64,000 nt of DNA from Macrostomum hystrix (taxonomy: Eukaryota; Animalia; Platyhelminthes), in NCBI GenBank assembly GCA_950097015.1, contig CATNEN010000025.1:7750001-7814000 (forward strand), written 5' to 3'. A model generated the notes under the pieces. It worked only from the letters and a program-made list of their open reading frames with translations. It was not told the DNA's origin and did no database searches. Position numbers and translations under genes: made by a program. This document shows, piece by piece, positions 34,435-46,217 of this stretch; the first letter of the stretch is position 1, and every line of letters starts with the position of its first letter.

Positions 34435-35630
34435 CACGGTGGAGTAGCTGAATGACTGTGGTGGAGTAGCTGAATGACTGGGTGGAGTAGCTGAATGACT
34501 GGGGTGGAGTAGCTGAATGACTGGGTGGAGTAGCTGAATGACTGGGTGGAGTAGATGAATGACTGGAGTGGAGTAGCTGAATGACTGGGTGGAGTAGCTG
34601 AATGACTGGGTGGAGTAGCTGAATGACTGGGTGGAGTAGCTGAATGACTGGGTGGAGTAGATGAATGACTGGAGTGGAGTAGCTGAATGACTGGGTGGAG
34701 TAGCTGAATGACTGGGTGGAGTAGCTGAATGACTGGGTGGAGTAGCTGAATGACTGGGTGGAGTAGATGAATGACTGGAGTGGAGTAGCTGAATGACTGG
34801 GTGGAGTAGCTGAATGACTGGGTGGAGTAGCTGAATGACTGGGTGGAGTAGATGAATGACTGGGTGGAGTAGATGAATGACTGGGTGGAGTAGCTGAATG
34901 ACTGGGTGGAGTAGATGAATGACTGGGTGGAGTAGATGAATGACTAGGGGTGGAGTAGCTGAATGACTGGGTGGAGTAGATGAATGACTGGGTGGAGTAG
35001 ATGAATGACTAGGGGTGGAGTAGCTGAATGACTTGGGTAAAGTAGCTACATTACTGGGGGTGGAGTAGCTGAATGCCTCGCGGTGGAGTAGCTGAATGAC
35101 TGGGGTAGAGTCGCTGACCTCCCGAATGACTGGGGTAGAGTGGCTGACCTCCCGGATGACTGGGGTAGAGTGGCTGACCGGCCCGAATGACTGGGGTAGA
35201 GTGGCTGACCTCCCGGATGACTGGGGTAGAGTGGCTGACCTCCCGGATGACTGGGGTAGAGTGGCTGACCTCCCGGATGACTGGGGTAGAGTGGCTGACC
35301 TCCCGGATGACTGGGGTAGAGTGGCTGACCTCCCGGATGACTGGGGTAGAGTGGCTGACCTCCCGGATGACTGGGGTAGAGTGGCTGACCTCCCGGATGA
35401 CTGGGGTAGAGTGGCTGACCTCCCGGATGACTGGGGTAGAGTGGCTGACCTCCCGGATGACTGGGGTAGAGTGGCTGACCGGCCCGAATGACTGGGGTAG
35501 AGTGGCTGACCGGCCCGAATGACTGGGGTAGAGTGGCTGACCTCCCGGATGACTGGGGTAGAGTGGCTGACCTCCCGAATGACTGGGGTAGAGTGGCTGA
35601 CCTCCCGGATGACTGGGGTAGAGTAGGAAT
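34435..35630 (+). repeat. Compound array: 21-bp (GGGTGGAGTAGCTGAATGACT) followed by 30-bp (GACTGGGGTAGAGTGGCTGACCTCCCGGAT)
   Basis: Direct reading; the unit switches near 35095. Confidence 0.95.
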
Positions 35631-36109
35631 CAGTAACATTCGGTACTTATTAAAGAGAGATACTTGCAGCAGTGAGCAATTACTATTGAAGTAGAGAGCG
35701 ACCCACTTTATAAATTAATAATTTAAGGCACGTGCAACGCGTGCAATGAACGCTAAAGTTGAAAAAGAGTGAAAGGTTTTAATCGGAGTGTTATAGAGCC
35801 GATGAATGGTAAATGCGAAAGGCGTCTGTTTTGGCACCTCCTACTTATCGATTTTCTACTCTCTCACTCCCACTCAGTGGGATAAATCCTCACTAACCAC
35901 AATGTCTACGTGCTGTTTTTCGTTACGATAGATTTAATAGTGCGCAACAACTTACAGTATTCGAACCAGCAGTATTAGTGAGCACCCAATCTTCTTCTAT
36001 CAGCATAGCAACTAGCATTTATTTGTACAGGGTGTGTTGCGACAGCTCGTTACAAGTAGGCATATAATTTTGTTATTTAGCGGCTTTAGCGTAAATTAAT
36101 CTACCACCA

Positions 36110-36325
36110 ATTCTATAATTTCAACAAATTCTACCACTTCTACTCGTAGCAATTCTACCAATTCTAGCAATTCTACAAATTCTAGCAGTTCTACAAATTC
36201 TAGCAATTCTACCACTTCTACCAATTCTACCAATTCTACCACTTCTACCAATTCTACCATTTCTATACCAATTCTAACATTCCTGCAATTTCTACCAATT
36301 TTACCATTTCAAACAATTCTACCAT
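36110..36325 (+). repeat. 9-bp degenerate array (TTCTACCAA)
   Basis: Direct reading. Confidence 0.85.
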
Positions 36326-36376
36326 GTAAAATAAAGTACTCGGAATTTTAACTGTCCTCATAAAGTACACCAACTC

Positions 36377-36445
36377 CGCCCCTTGGATTGAGATTCGAAC
36401 TTTCGACCTCTAGGTCGGTAGTCTAACACTATAAACTAGGCTATA
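36377..36445 (-). mobile_element. tRNA-like SINE head or tRNA pseudogene fragment
   Basis: Minus strand TAGCCTAGTTTATAGTG...AGTTCGAATC has box A/B-like motifs. Confidence 0.35.
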
Positions 36446-39001
36446 CAAGCTCATAAAGCTAAGAAGGTTTCCTCGGTGTCTAACATTAATTTGATGTTCT
36501 TTTCATCATTTCACAAATTCTCAGTTTCTTATATGTTAATTTCTCTCGCCCTCTCTCGCTTCTCTCTTCCCAAGTTCATATGTAAGAACTGTTTTGGTTT
36601 GATTTCAGCGTTGTGTTGTGTCTTAGAAATAAGCTCAGCGTTTCTCCCACGCATACAATTGAGGCTTTTAGCTCATATTTATTGCACACACTCTCGTTTA
36701 TAGCTCTACTTTATTAAAACTGGCACCCGAGCTGGACCTACAGCTGGATATATAAAATGTTCAGAATTCATCGCACTAGCGCATAAACATTTATTTGTAA
36801 GTAAAAACAAATCCCATAGTGTAAAATAAGAGTTGTCAATAATATAGTTTTCATATAGTTCATGTGGAAAAAATGGTTAATATAGAGATAAGGCTTGATA
36901 GTTGTAAGTAAAAGTACAACCAGCTTGTATATCCATGTATAGGGCTACTTTCTTATATCCTTTGTATCTATGAGCTATAATATTTATTAATATCGGGCGA
37001 TCAGATACCCCATAGCTTGGTCAATGATAAAACAGAAAATAGTAAAATTACATTTGTAAATACTAGTGCAAGCCACGAATCACTTTGGAACTAAAATGGG
37101 GCTGCAGATAGAAAACTGTTCAATTGGCCCACGATATACATATAGCCCTAGCCTTGATTTGATCAATACACAAATAATTCTACTTTGCACTACGAACTGC
37201 CATTGACGTTTGTATTCATTTTTTCTTTATAAGGCTTTCAAAAAGAGTTCCCTCATATGCAGATTAAGATCCGGAGGTTTTTCACCAGAGTTGTTCCTTA
37301 ATTTAATTCAATAATTGATTGATAGAATCTCCATTGAATAATACCAGTTAATCTTTCAGTCTTCGCATACCATGCATGTGAAAAAGGTTTCGCATCACGT
37401 CCTTTGCTAACGGCAACGGAACGTACATATTTTTCGTACATATTTAAAAGTCTAGAATTGATACGAACTTTGCACCGTGGTCTCTCGAGGCAAAAGAGGA
37501 TGATGCTTACCATTTGTCTAGAGTTCATTTATTATGATGACAAAATATAATACATTATAACCGATCTGCTTTTTTCAAAAGGCAGACGTTGAGTTATTGA
37601 TTAGCCATATTTTTGTAAGCTACTATATAGTTAGCAAAGAATTAAAGTAATATAGTTCACTGTTCGCCTTGCTCTGACTAAGGAGGTGTCTTAATTAATA
37701 TCAATGAATAATTAGGGCCTGCCATTTTTCCTAAATATCCTCACATGTACATCACTTTACCAATGGAAATATGATATTTGCTTCTTTTTTTGTTACATGC
37801 ATAACAATTTTATGTCTTTTGTTGCTTTAAGCAAATCCTTGTGTATTCCTTTAATATTGTATTGTTTAATTTTATTGTTTAATATTGTATTCCTTTGTTA
37901 CTATTAACTACAAGATTTCTTAGTATAATATAAGATAGTATAATTTAATATAATAGTATAGTATAGATCCATACCTAGTACTGACATTTAATTATAAAGC
38001 AGTGTAAAAGCAAAGGTCATCAGTTAGTATATATGGGACATAGGCGGCTGTTAATTATACTAGGCCCACACCCACACCCAACCATAGCCATAGGCCCACA
38101 AGCCTATGCTACACTTACTATATCATATTTCTTTGATATATCAGTTTGGTAGACCTGTACATTTTATTTTTGCTGATCTTATCAAATAAAAATTTATGAT
38201 AGTAGATAATAGTTTTATATATTTCAAATTGTAGTATAATATAGAATATTAATTGACAAACTATTCTGTCTTTACTTGCAACAATCAATAAATTAAACAA
38301 AGCAATTATATAAATCAAATCTTATATTTGTAGTGTCCTTAATTTGTATAAAATGATGCCTAACAAAAATTAAATTCGGTGAGTTATTGATGTCACTAAA
38401 GGATGTGCCTATTTGTAATGTTTTTCTTTGTGAAAGTTAATTGTTTATAAATATTTTTATGAACTATTATAGACTGATAGATGTAAAAATCATTTTAAAC
38501 CCCAAATTGCTATTATTATTTTCTTTAAAAAGCGACCATGACCTAAATGTTATAATTTTCTTATTTTAGGTAATTCTTACTTAAGATCTTTTTGGTCATA
38601 TTTTTTGCTCTATTAAGCTAATTAGTTTTTAACCATAAGACAAGAGGTCATTAGAATAAGTACGAGCGTATATTCAAAAAATGTTTTAAATCAATTAATA
38701 GAGGGTCTGAGTTTATTAGTAAAAAAGTGTATGTAGCTTCATATATTTATTGTTGAATTGCTAATAAGTTTTTTTTGTATTATTTTTATTAGTTGTTAAC
38801 AAGGTTAGTAAAATTTCTTTTTTTAATTTTACTGTATAGTGTATTGCTATTTTATTACATTCTTAATTTTTACTCCCATTAGCATTAAAATTTATTTTCT
38901 ATCAAATTGAAATTGCCTCCAACTGCAGATCAGCCAAAGTTCAGCAAAGAGACATTTTTTTCTCCTTGGTCCAGTAAGGTGATTGCCAGCCAGCCTGTCA
39001 G

Positions 39002-39730
39002 ATGCGACCTAGAATTAAAATATTATTTGGCATAGTACTGCTATTAGCTGTCTATCAATTGGCAGCCCATTTGTTGTTTAGAAATTCTCAGCGACACTAC
39101 AACCAGGCTGCTAATGAGGCCGCCTCATCGGCTATTGACACCTCTCCATTTGATGAGTGGATACCATCTGGCAATACCAATCCTTCAGCTCCTAAAGCAT
39201 CGCAGTCATCTTTGTCTTCCTTGCTGTTTTCGTCACCCAGGCTATTGCTCCCATCGCTGCAACCTTCTACATCCGCGCCATCGCTGCCTCCACTGTTAGC
39301 CGCCTACTCTCCACCTCAAGAACCAACTAGAGTTGTCATAGCAACCGCTGTACAATCAGGTGAACAATTCGTCGCCATAGATCTAATAAAATCGATAAGG
39401 GATCGATTTGGAAATACTACCTTTCCACTAGTACTGTGGGATCTCGGTCTATCAGCTTCCGAGCTAGAGACATTGTCAGCTGCTTCAAATGGTTTAGCCT
39501 GCCCAAGCCCTTGGTGCCGGCTGAAGCAGTTTCGCTTTGATCTATATCCTGAGCACGTTAGCAACCGGTTGGATACTAGAGCCTACAAGCCGTTTGCTAT
39601 CGGCGCTCTACTAAGGCAATACGGCGTTGTGATCTGGACCGACCTTGGCGGGCCCTGGCCATCTGGATTCTCCGTTGGTCTAGATGGACTGAAACCTGTG
39701 CTAGACGCTGCTAGGGCTTCAGGACTGCAG
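39002..39730 (+). CDS. DUF1647-family type II membrane protein, exon 1
   Basis: N-terminal TM (KILFGIVLLLAVYQLAAHLLF), Ser/Pro stem, then LVLWDLGL...LKQFRFDLYPEHV...AYKPFAIG...VIWTD. Donor CTGCAG|GTCAGC, phase 0. Confidence 0.8.
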
Positions 39731-39888
39731 GTCAGCTCCAGCTTATTTTTGTGACATTGCGACCTTGTATAAGCTTACCACTCTAGGAAGTTGTCTACAC
39801 TCTGCGAGCCCATTTACTCTCATATGCTATGGCGTATATAAGCCTACTAAAAGCTAGTACAGCTCCCCTTGTCCCATTTGTCACACAG

Positions 39889-40362
39889 GCCTGGTCGTTC
39901 CCGCCGCCCACTGCAGCTCTGACGCATCCGCAAACCTTCGAATTGTTAAATGCCCGGCCAGGCGATTATCGCCTACACCGAATGATAGCCGCCGCTCATT
40001 TGATCATCGTTGCCTCGCCGTTCATTCATCGCCGCGTCCTACTGCCGTGGTCTCGCTGCGCCCTGCAGCCGGCCTGCTGGCTACCCACCGGCTCCGGTCG
40101 ACCCCTCGCCATCATCGGCAGCGGCTGTCGCCTAGGCGACCTAAGGCCCTACTTTCGCTACAGCGGCTGTCACCTGTACGACACCTCGGCATTGAATGTG
40201 GTACTAGGCGCCGCCTATGCATTCAACGTGTCCGCCTACGCCTGCTCTAGGAAGGTGTTCGGCTACGGGCCCAACGACACCAAGCTGAGCAATCATTTCA
40301 GTATGCCCGGCTTGGATTTCGACCAGTTAGAACGCAGCGCTCTGCCAGATTATGCCAGATAA
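39889..40362 (+). CDS. DUF1647-family protein, exon 2
   Basis: Acceptor CACACAG|GCC. Contains LTHPQTF, WSRCALQPACWLP and GCHLYDTSALNVVL, matching the THP / W..CAL...C..P / CH..D.SAL motifs of DUF1647. TAA at 40360-40362 is followed at once by AATAAA. Confidence 0.82.
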   Translation, partial: AWSFPPPTAALTHPQTFELLNARPGDYRLHRMIAAAHLIIVASPFIHRRVLLPWSRCALQPACWLPTGSGRPLAIIGSGCRLGDLRPYFRYSGCHLYDTSALNVVLGAAYAFNVSAYACSRKVFGYGPNDTKLSNHFSMPGLDFDQLERSALPDYAR

Positions 40363-40631
40363 AATAAAAGTGTTCAGTTGACTGCATGAGTTTTCCAAAC
40401 CTTGGTAACACAGTATAAGCAGTTAAAATCGCATTTAAAACTCTAAAGCGGGTTATGTAACATGCCGTTATCTCGATATACTTTGAATATTTATTGCCTA
40501 ATATTCACGACGTAAAACAGTTGACTTTTAGATTATCGGCCATTCCAATTTTAATTAATACAATTAATTAAATCAATGCTGCATACCCTGCTGCAATGCT
40601 GCAATGCTTAAATCAATGCTGCAGGGATTCG

Positions 40632-40792
40632 GAGGGATTCTCCGAATCCCTGATTCTCCGAATCCCTGATTCTCCGAATCCCTGATTCTCCGAATCCCTG
40701 ATTCTCCGAATCCCTGATTCTCCGAATCCCTGATTCTCCGAATCCCTGATTCTCCGAATCCCTGATTCTCCGAATCCCTGATTCTCCGAATT
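40632..40792 (+). repeat. 16-bp minisatellite (GATTCTCCGAATCCCT)
   Basis: About 10 copies. Confidence 0.95.
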
Positions 40793-41214
40793 ACAGAATT
40801 TATCAGAGCTAGAAAAGAAAAAAGTGAAAAGCCTAACTTGTTTTTTTCGATTTGGTAGCATATTATTTTCTGCTTGATATGCTGACGGCCGGTATGTTTA
40901 TTCAAGTTCTACTTTATTTGAGATCTTTTCAATAAGTTTAAGCAGCTAGAAAAATTTTGACTTTTATTTTTACCTACTTGCCCTTTTTGTTTTGTACTAT
41001 TGCTACAAATGATAAGTACAACTTTAAACTTTCGCTACGATCTTATTTAATGATACGCTACTGTACTTCATAACATCGAATTGCTCAAATTGTTTATATT
41101 GAAGGCATTAGTGCTTTTCTCATTGAAAGATGTGTAATGTTTTATTACTTATTTTGTACTGCAGATGAAGTCCCCTATTTTTATAGCTCGTTGATGATTG
41201 AGTCGAAAATTTTC

Positions 41215-42030
41215 CCGTAGATCCTCAGATAAGTCAGCCCCCAATTCCCTTAGATCCTCAGATAAGTCAGCCCCCAATTCCCTCAGATCCTCAGATGAGT
41301 CAGCCCCCAATTCCCTCAGATCCTCAGATAAGTCAGCCCCCAATTCCCTTAGATCCTCAGATGAGTCAGCCCCCAATTCCCTCAGATCCTCAGATGAGTC
41401 AGCCCCAAATTCCCTCAGATCCTCAGATAAGTCAGCCCCAAATTCCCTTAGATCCTCAGATAAGTCAGCCCCCAATTCCCTCAGATCCTCAGATGAGTCA
41501 GCCCCTAATTCCTTCAGATCCTCAGATGAGTCAGCCCCAAATTCCCTCAGATCCTCAGATAAGTCAGCCCCCAATTCCCTCAGATCCTTAGATGAGTCAG
41601 CCCCCAATTCCCTCAGATCCTCAGATGAGTCAGCCCCCAATTCCCTCAGATCCTTAGATGAGTCAGCCCCCAATTCCCTCAGATCCTCAGATGAGTCAGC
41701 CCCCAATTACCTCAGATCCTCAGATAAGTCAGCCCCCAATTCCCTCAGATCCTCAGATAAGTCAGCCCCCAATTCCCTCAGATCCTCAGATAAGTCAGCC
41801 CCCCCCAATTCCCTTAGATCCTTAGATAAGTCAGCCCCCAATTCCCTTAGATCCTTAGATAAGTCAGCCCCCAATTCCCTTAGATCCTTAGATAAGTCAG
41901 CCCCCAATTCCCTCAGATCCTCAGATAAGTCAGCCCCCAATTCCCTTAGATCCTTAGATAAGTCAGCCCCCAATTCCCTCAGATCCTCAGATAAGTCAGC
42001 CCCCCCAATTCCCTTAGATCCTCAGATGGG
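41215..42030 (+). repeat. 33-bp minisatellite (CCTCAGATCCTCAGATAAGTCAGCCCCCAATTC)
   Basis: About 25 copies. Confidence 0.96.
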
Positions 42031-42754
42031 TCAGCAGCCTGTGCGAATGCTGTAGTATTCAAAAATTTAAATGTCAATCAGTTTTCAGACACACAAAGTT
42101 GAGCACACAAAGATCTGTGTTACATTTGTTTTGTCTTTCAGCCAAGTATAAATATAGAACTTAAGAAAACTAAAACACCAGTGAAACACAATTGCGAAAT
42201 ATTTTCGTGTCCATTGTATTCTGTTAGATGATGAGTTTCCTAAATCAGCCTTATTATTAGAATGTTTATATAGCAAATGTTTATTTATTATGTGCGAATT
42301 TTGGCTAGAACGTTTTTTTATGCTGATCACATTCTGGTGTGAATAATCAAGCTTTATTTTATAGTTTCTCTCTGTTCTTCAATTGCCTTATACAACAAGT
42401 TGCTTATGCTGTTGCTGCTGCTGCTGCTGCTGACTGCTGCTGCGTACTTGAACTATTTAAGCAGTTTATTGTCCACGCAGTTTAGTTCTCAGAGGTTATA
42501 TAGCTTCAAAAGCGACATACTCAAATTTTTATAATAAAAGGAGTTAAGCTACTTGATCTGGTTTAGTTTGCTTTTAATTAAAAAAACAGCGAGTATCAGT
42601 CAACCGCAGATTTGGCTTGCCAGCTATTTGTTGGCAACTTTTGTACCTAATACATTTTTGGTGGCCTATTTCCTTATTCTTTCTTTTAATTTCCTGCATT
42701 AATTACTCTAAATTAGAAAATGTACTTGTTGGCCAGCGTCCCAGGCTTCCAGGT

Positions 42755-43500
42755 GACTCAGCAACTCACTCTCCTAGATCAGCAGATGGGTCAGCAACTC
42801 ACTCTCCTAGATCAGCAGATGGGTCAGCAACTCACTCTCCTAGATCAGCAGATGGGTCAGCAACTCACTCTCCTAGATCAGCAGATGGGTCAGCAACTCA
42901 CTCTCCTAGATCAGCAGATGGGTCAGCAACTCACTCTCCTAGATCAGCAGATGGGTCAGCAACTCACTCTCCTAGATCAGCAGATGGGTCAGCAACTCAC
43001 TCTCCTAGATCAGCAGATGGGTCAGCAACTCACTCTCCTAGATCAGCAGATGGGTCAGCAACTCACTCTCCTAGATCAGCAGATGGGTCAGCAACTCACT
43101 CTCCTAGATCAGCAGATGGGTCAGCAACTCACTCTCCTAGATCAGCAGATGGGTCAGCAACTCACTCTCCTAGATCAGCAGATGGGTCAGCAACTCACTC
43201 TCCTAGATCAGCAGATGGGTCAGCAACTCACTCTCCTAGATCAGCAGATGGGTCAGCAACTCACTCTCCTAGATCAGCAGATGGGTCAGCAACTCACTCT
43301 CCTAGATCAGCAGATGGGTCAGCAACTCACTCTCCTAGATCAGCAGATGGGTCAGCAACTCACTCTCCTAGATCAGCAGATGGGTCAGCAACTCACTCTC
43401 CTAGATCAGCAGATGGGTCAGCAACTCACTCTCCTAGATCAGCAGATGGGTCAGCAACTCACTCTCCCAGATCCACAGATGGGTCAGCAACTTTTCCAGA
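42755..43500 (+). repeat. 33-bp minisatellite (CAGCAACTCACTCTCCTAGATCAGCAGATGGGT)
   Basis: About 22 near-identical copies. Confidence 0.97.
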
Positions 43501-43690
43501 TCTATAGATCCACACGTAGGCTATCCCACAATCTCCTATAACCCTTCTAAATCTATTTGATAACAAATGCAAAACACATTTGGATCCTTCGACAGTTTTT
43601 AAATCACAGTCATAGTTGAGTTAGTTTTTGTGTATATCAAGGTTACGGAGCACTAAACCTCAACATCTTATCTCTCTCCTAACTCTCCAG

Positions 43691-44379
43691 ACACTTCTGC
43701 CCCCAATCTTACGTCGCTTGCCGCTTAAGCGACGCCTATTGGCTCGCTGCTTAGCGGCTGGCGCTTTGATTGGCTGTCTTTTCTGGCTGTCGGGCATTGG
43801 CTCGATTAATTTTTCTAAACCCCGACTGCCACCACCAGAGTCCGCGAGCCAATCGCAGTTACCGACCACGGAGGCGGCGGTTGCGGTGGCTGTGCCATCT
43901 CTAACCCAGCCAACCAATCGGAACGCTTCGCTGCCCAACTATCGCGTGCACATATTTTATTACGCCTGGTACGGTGAGCCCAACACCGACGGCGCCTGGC
44001 TGCACTGGAACCACTCCCGACTGCCTCACTGGAATGAGGCCAGAGCTCGATCTTTCAGCCGCGCCGGCCACATACCACCGGACGATATCGGAACAAATTT
44101 CTATCCGGAATTGGGACCATACTCCAGCGCCAATATTAGCGTTGTTAGGCGTCACTTTGACCAGATCAGACGGTCGGGCGCTGGTACCGTGGTTGTGTCT
44201 TGGTATCCGCCCGGCCTAGCCGATGACAACGGACGCCCAGTTGACCGTCTGATCCCGATGCTATTGAAGGTGGCAGCGGAGTTCCAATTGAAATTGGCGC
44301 TACATATTGAGCCCTATGCTGGCAGATCGCCAGCGAATTTGAGACGCCACTTGCGCTATATTGCCGGCACGCACGCCAA
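43691..44379 (+). CDS. MANEA: Glycoprotein endo-alpha-1,2-mannosidase (GH99), first coding exon; no ATG before the TM anchor
   Basis: Acceptor CTAACTCTCCAG|ACA. Basic tail plus TM, then HIFYYAWYG, HWNH, PPDDIGTNFYPELGPYSS, VVSWYPPG and LHIEPY. Donor GCCAA|GTAATA. Confidence 0.9.
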
Positions 44380-44453
44380 GTAATAAAATATTCTCATTCT
44401 TAGCTACTTTTAATGCCCTAAAATTACCCGCTCCGTACCCTCAAAACACGCAG

Positions 44454-44726
44454 ACATCCGGCATTTTATCGAGAGCGCGTTCGTGACGGTCGCCAACTAC
44501 CGGTGCACTACATCTACGACAGCTATCGAATACCCCAGAGTCTCTGGCGACCGCTGCTCCTTGACAGGGCCGCCGGCAGTCAGCGCGGCATTCGAGGCAG
44601 CCCGGAGGATTCCATCATGTTAGGCCTGGCAATGTCCACGAGCGATTGTAGAACTATGAAATCTGCCGGCTTTGATGGCGCTTACACGTACTTTGCTGCA
44701 GACGGATTCACACAGGCTTCCACCAG
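44454..44726 (+). CDS. MANEA: MANEA exon 2
   Basis: Acceptor ACACGCAG|A. Translates KHPAFYR...LPVHYIYDSY...GFDGAYTYFAADGFTQAST. Donor ACCAG|GTTGGT. Confidence 0.9.
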
Positions 44727-44994
44727 GTTGGTACACTATCTTGAATATGACAACTTGAGGACGTATGTACAGAAATTACACCTAGCCTATTTCCTCACGT
44801 ACAGCCCGTGGCACAGCCGCAGCTATAATTACGCAGTCCAAAACCTGTGTACAGCTATTCAGCCTATGGACAGCCACGGCCACCTAAATTTCTACTCCAG
44901 CTTATGCTGGTACCCATTTTATATAGCTCGTCACACTATAAAAAAGATTCGTATTCAATTCGATTCAACTATGACTACAATTTTCACCCTATAG

Positions 44995-45341
44995 ATCCAA
45001 TTGGGCCGCCATGGGGCGCGAATGCGTCGCCTCTGGCCTAGCTTTTGTACCTAGTGTCGGTCCGGGCTACATCGACGTCTCTGTGCGACCGTGGAATGGT
45101 GAGAACACTCATCAACGCGAAGGTGGGACGCTACTATATTCAGGGCTTCGAAGCGGCCATTGCCGCCCGACCAGCATTCATCAGCGTAACCAGTTTTAAC
45201 GAATGGCACGAGGGAACACAGATTGAACCGGCTGTTCCGCGAAACGGATATATGGATTATTCGCCCCGTAGACGTGATTATTATTTGACACTTACAGCAC
45301 AATATGCGGCAAAATTTAGGCCAGGAGGCTTACTTATTTAA
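44995..45341 (+). CDS. MANEA: MANEA exon 3; +1 frameshift at 45125-45127
   Basis: Acceptor CCCTATAG|A. FVPSVGPGYIDVSVRPWN in one frame, then RYYIQGFEAA...ISVTSFNEWHEGTQIEPAVP in the next frame, keeping the catalytic EWHE motif. TAA at 45339-45341. Confidence 0.88.
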
Positions 45342-46149
45342 CTCTATCAGCAAAAGTTTGAAGTTATAATTTTTATAGCCAAGTATATTATATATCAACT
45401 GTAGCTGGAATTTTTCAGGATTGATCTTGGTAAAATATAGATTTTATGTTACAATTTGAATATTTGTAATTATGAGATGTAATATTGTTTTACAATTTTG
45501 TCTAGATTTGATTATAGCTTTTGTAAAAGTTCTTACAACGTTACGTGGATGAAAACAGTCGGTTTTAAGTACAACTGTTAAGATTTAAAATGGTGGCTGA
45601 TAAATGCTAAATTACACATTTAAGCATTCAGTGAAAGATACTTTAAAATGAAACAGAAACTTTCATAATCATTTTTACGCAATTTACGAGTTTGCATTAT
45701 AAAAACAAAATCTTTAATCAGATCTAGACACAGGCTTCTTATAGCTAAAGAAGAAAGTGTATTATTATAAAATATTCGTAATGTGTTTAAATATATTAAT
45801 GGCATTGCAACATATTGCTTTATTTTTATTTCTCATACTAACGCAGGAATTTAAATTCTGAATTTCAAACATTACACCCAACACCCAATATAATAATATA
45901 GGCATCGGAGTGTCTTTCGGACATCGTAATCACCATATTCGAAAATGAACAACCTTAAAACAATTTCAATACTACAAAGTATAAATGTATTACACTTTTT
46001 ATAGATATAATATATTTTGTATAAACGGTAAACACAGTGAAACTTATTTGTTTTGCATGCTTTGAGTCCGAGTCTGCCTGCTTCTATCAAATCCTTATCG
46101 GTCTCCACCTTAAGTCCTCCACTATGGTTACCAGCCACTATAAATGGTT

Positions 46150-46217
46150 TGACGTCACGGCGTTTTTAGTGACGTATATTTCACTGGTAAAATACCACTG
46201 TATTACAGTGGTATTTT
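46150..46217. promoter_or_regulatory. Perfect CRE (TGACGTCA, 46150-46157) plus a 29-bp palindrome; candidate HIPK promoter
   Basis: Motifs read directly. They lie at the left edge of a 1.7-kb CpG-depleted segment upstream of the HIPK CDS. Confidence 0.3.

Noticed and set aside
36700-38900. Transposase or gene remnant in the AT-rich interval (ORFs 37298-37528 and 38118-38318)
   Set aside because: No recognisable motifs in manual translation; a translated profile search would be needed.
42400-42530. ATG-(CTG)n Leu-rich mini-ORF as the MANEA start exon
   Set aside because: The GT donors I found are phase 2 and would not join the phase-0 acceptor at 43691; it is better explained as a (CTG)n microsatellite.
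29252-43541. Repeat ORFs such as (MNSL)n, (NQSTRNF)n, (GLGIM)n, (SATHSPRSADG)n and (LGADSSEDLRE)n as structural or surface proteins
   Set aside because: Each coincides exactly with a DNA-level minisatellite, is open in several frames, and lacks unique coding flanks.
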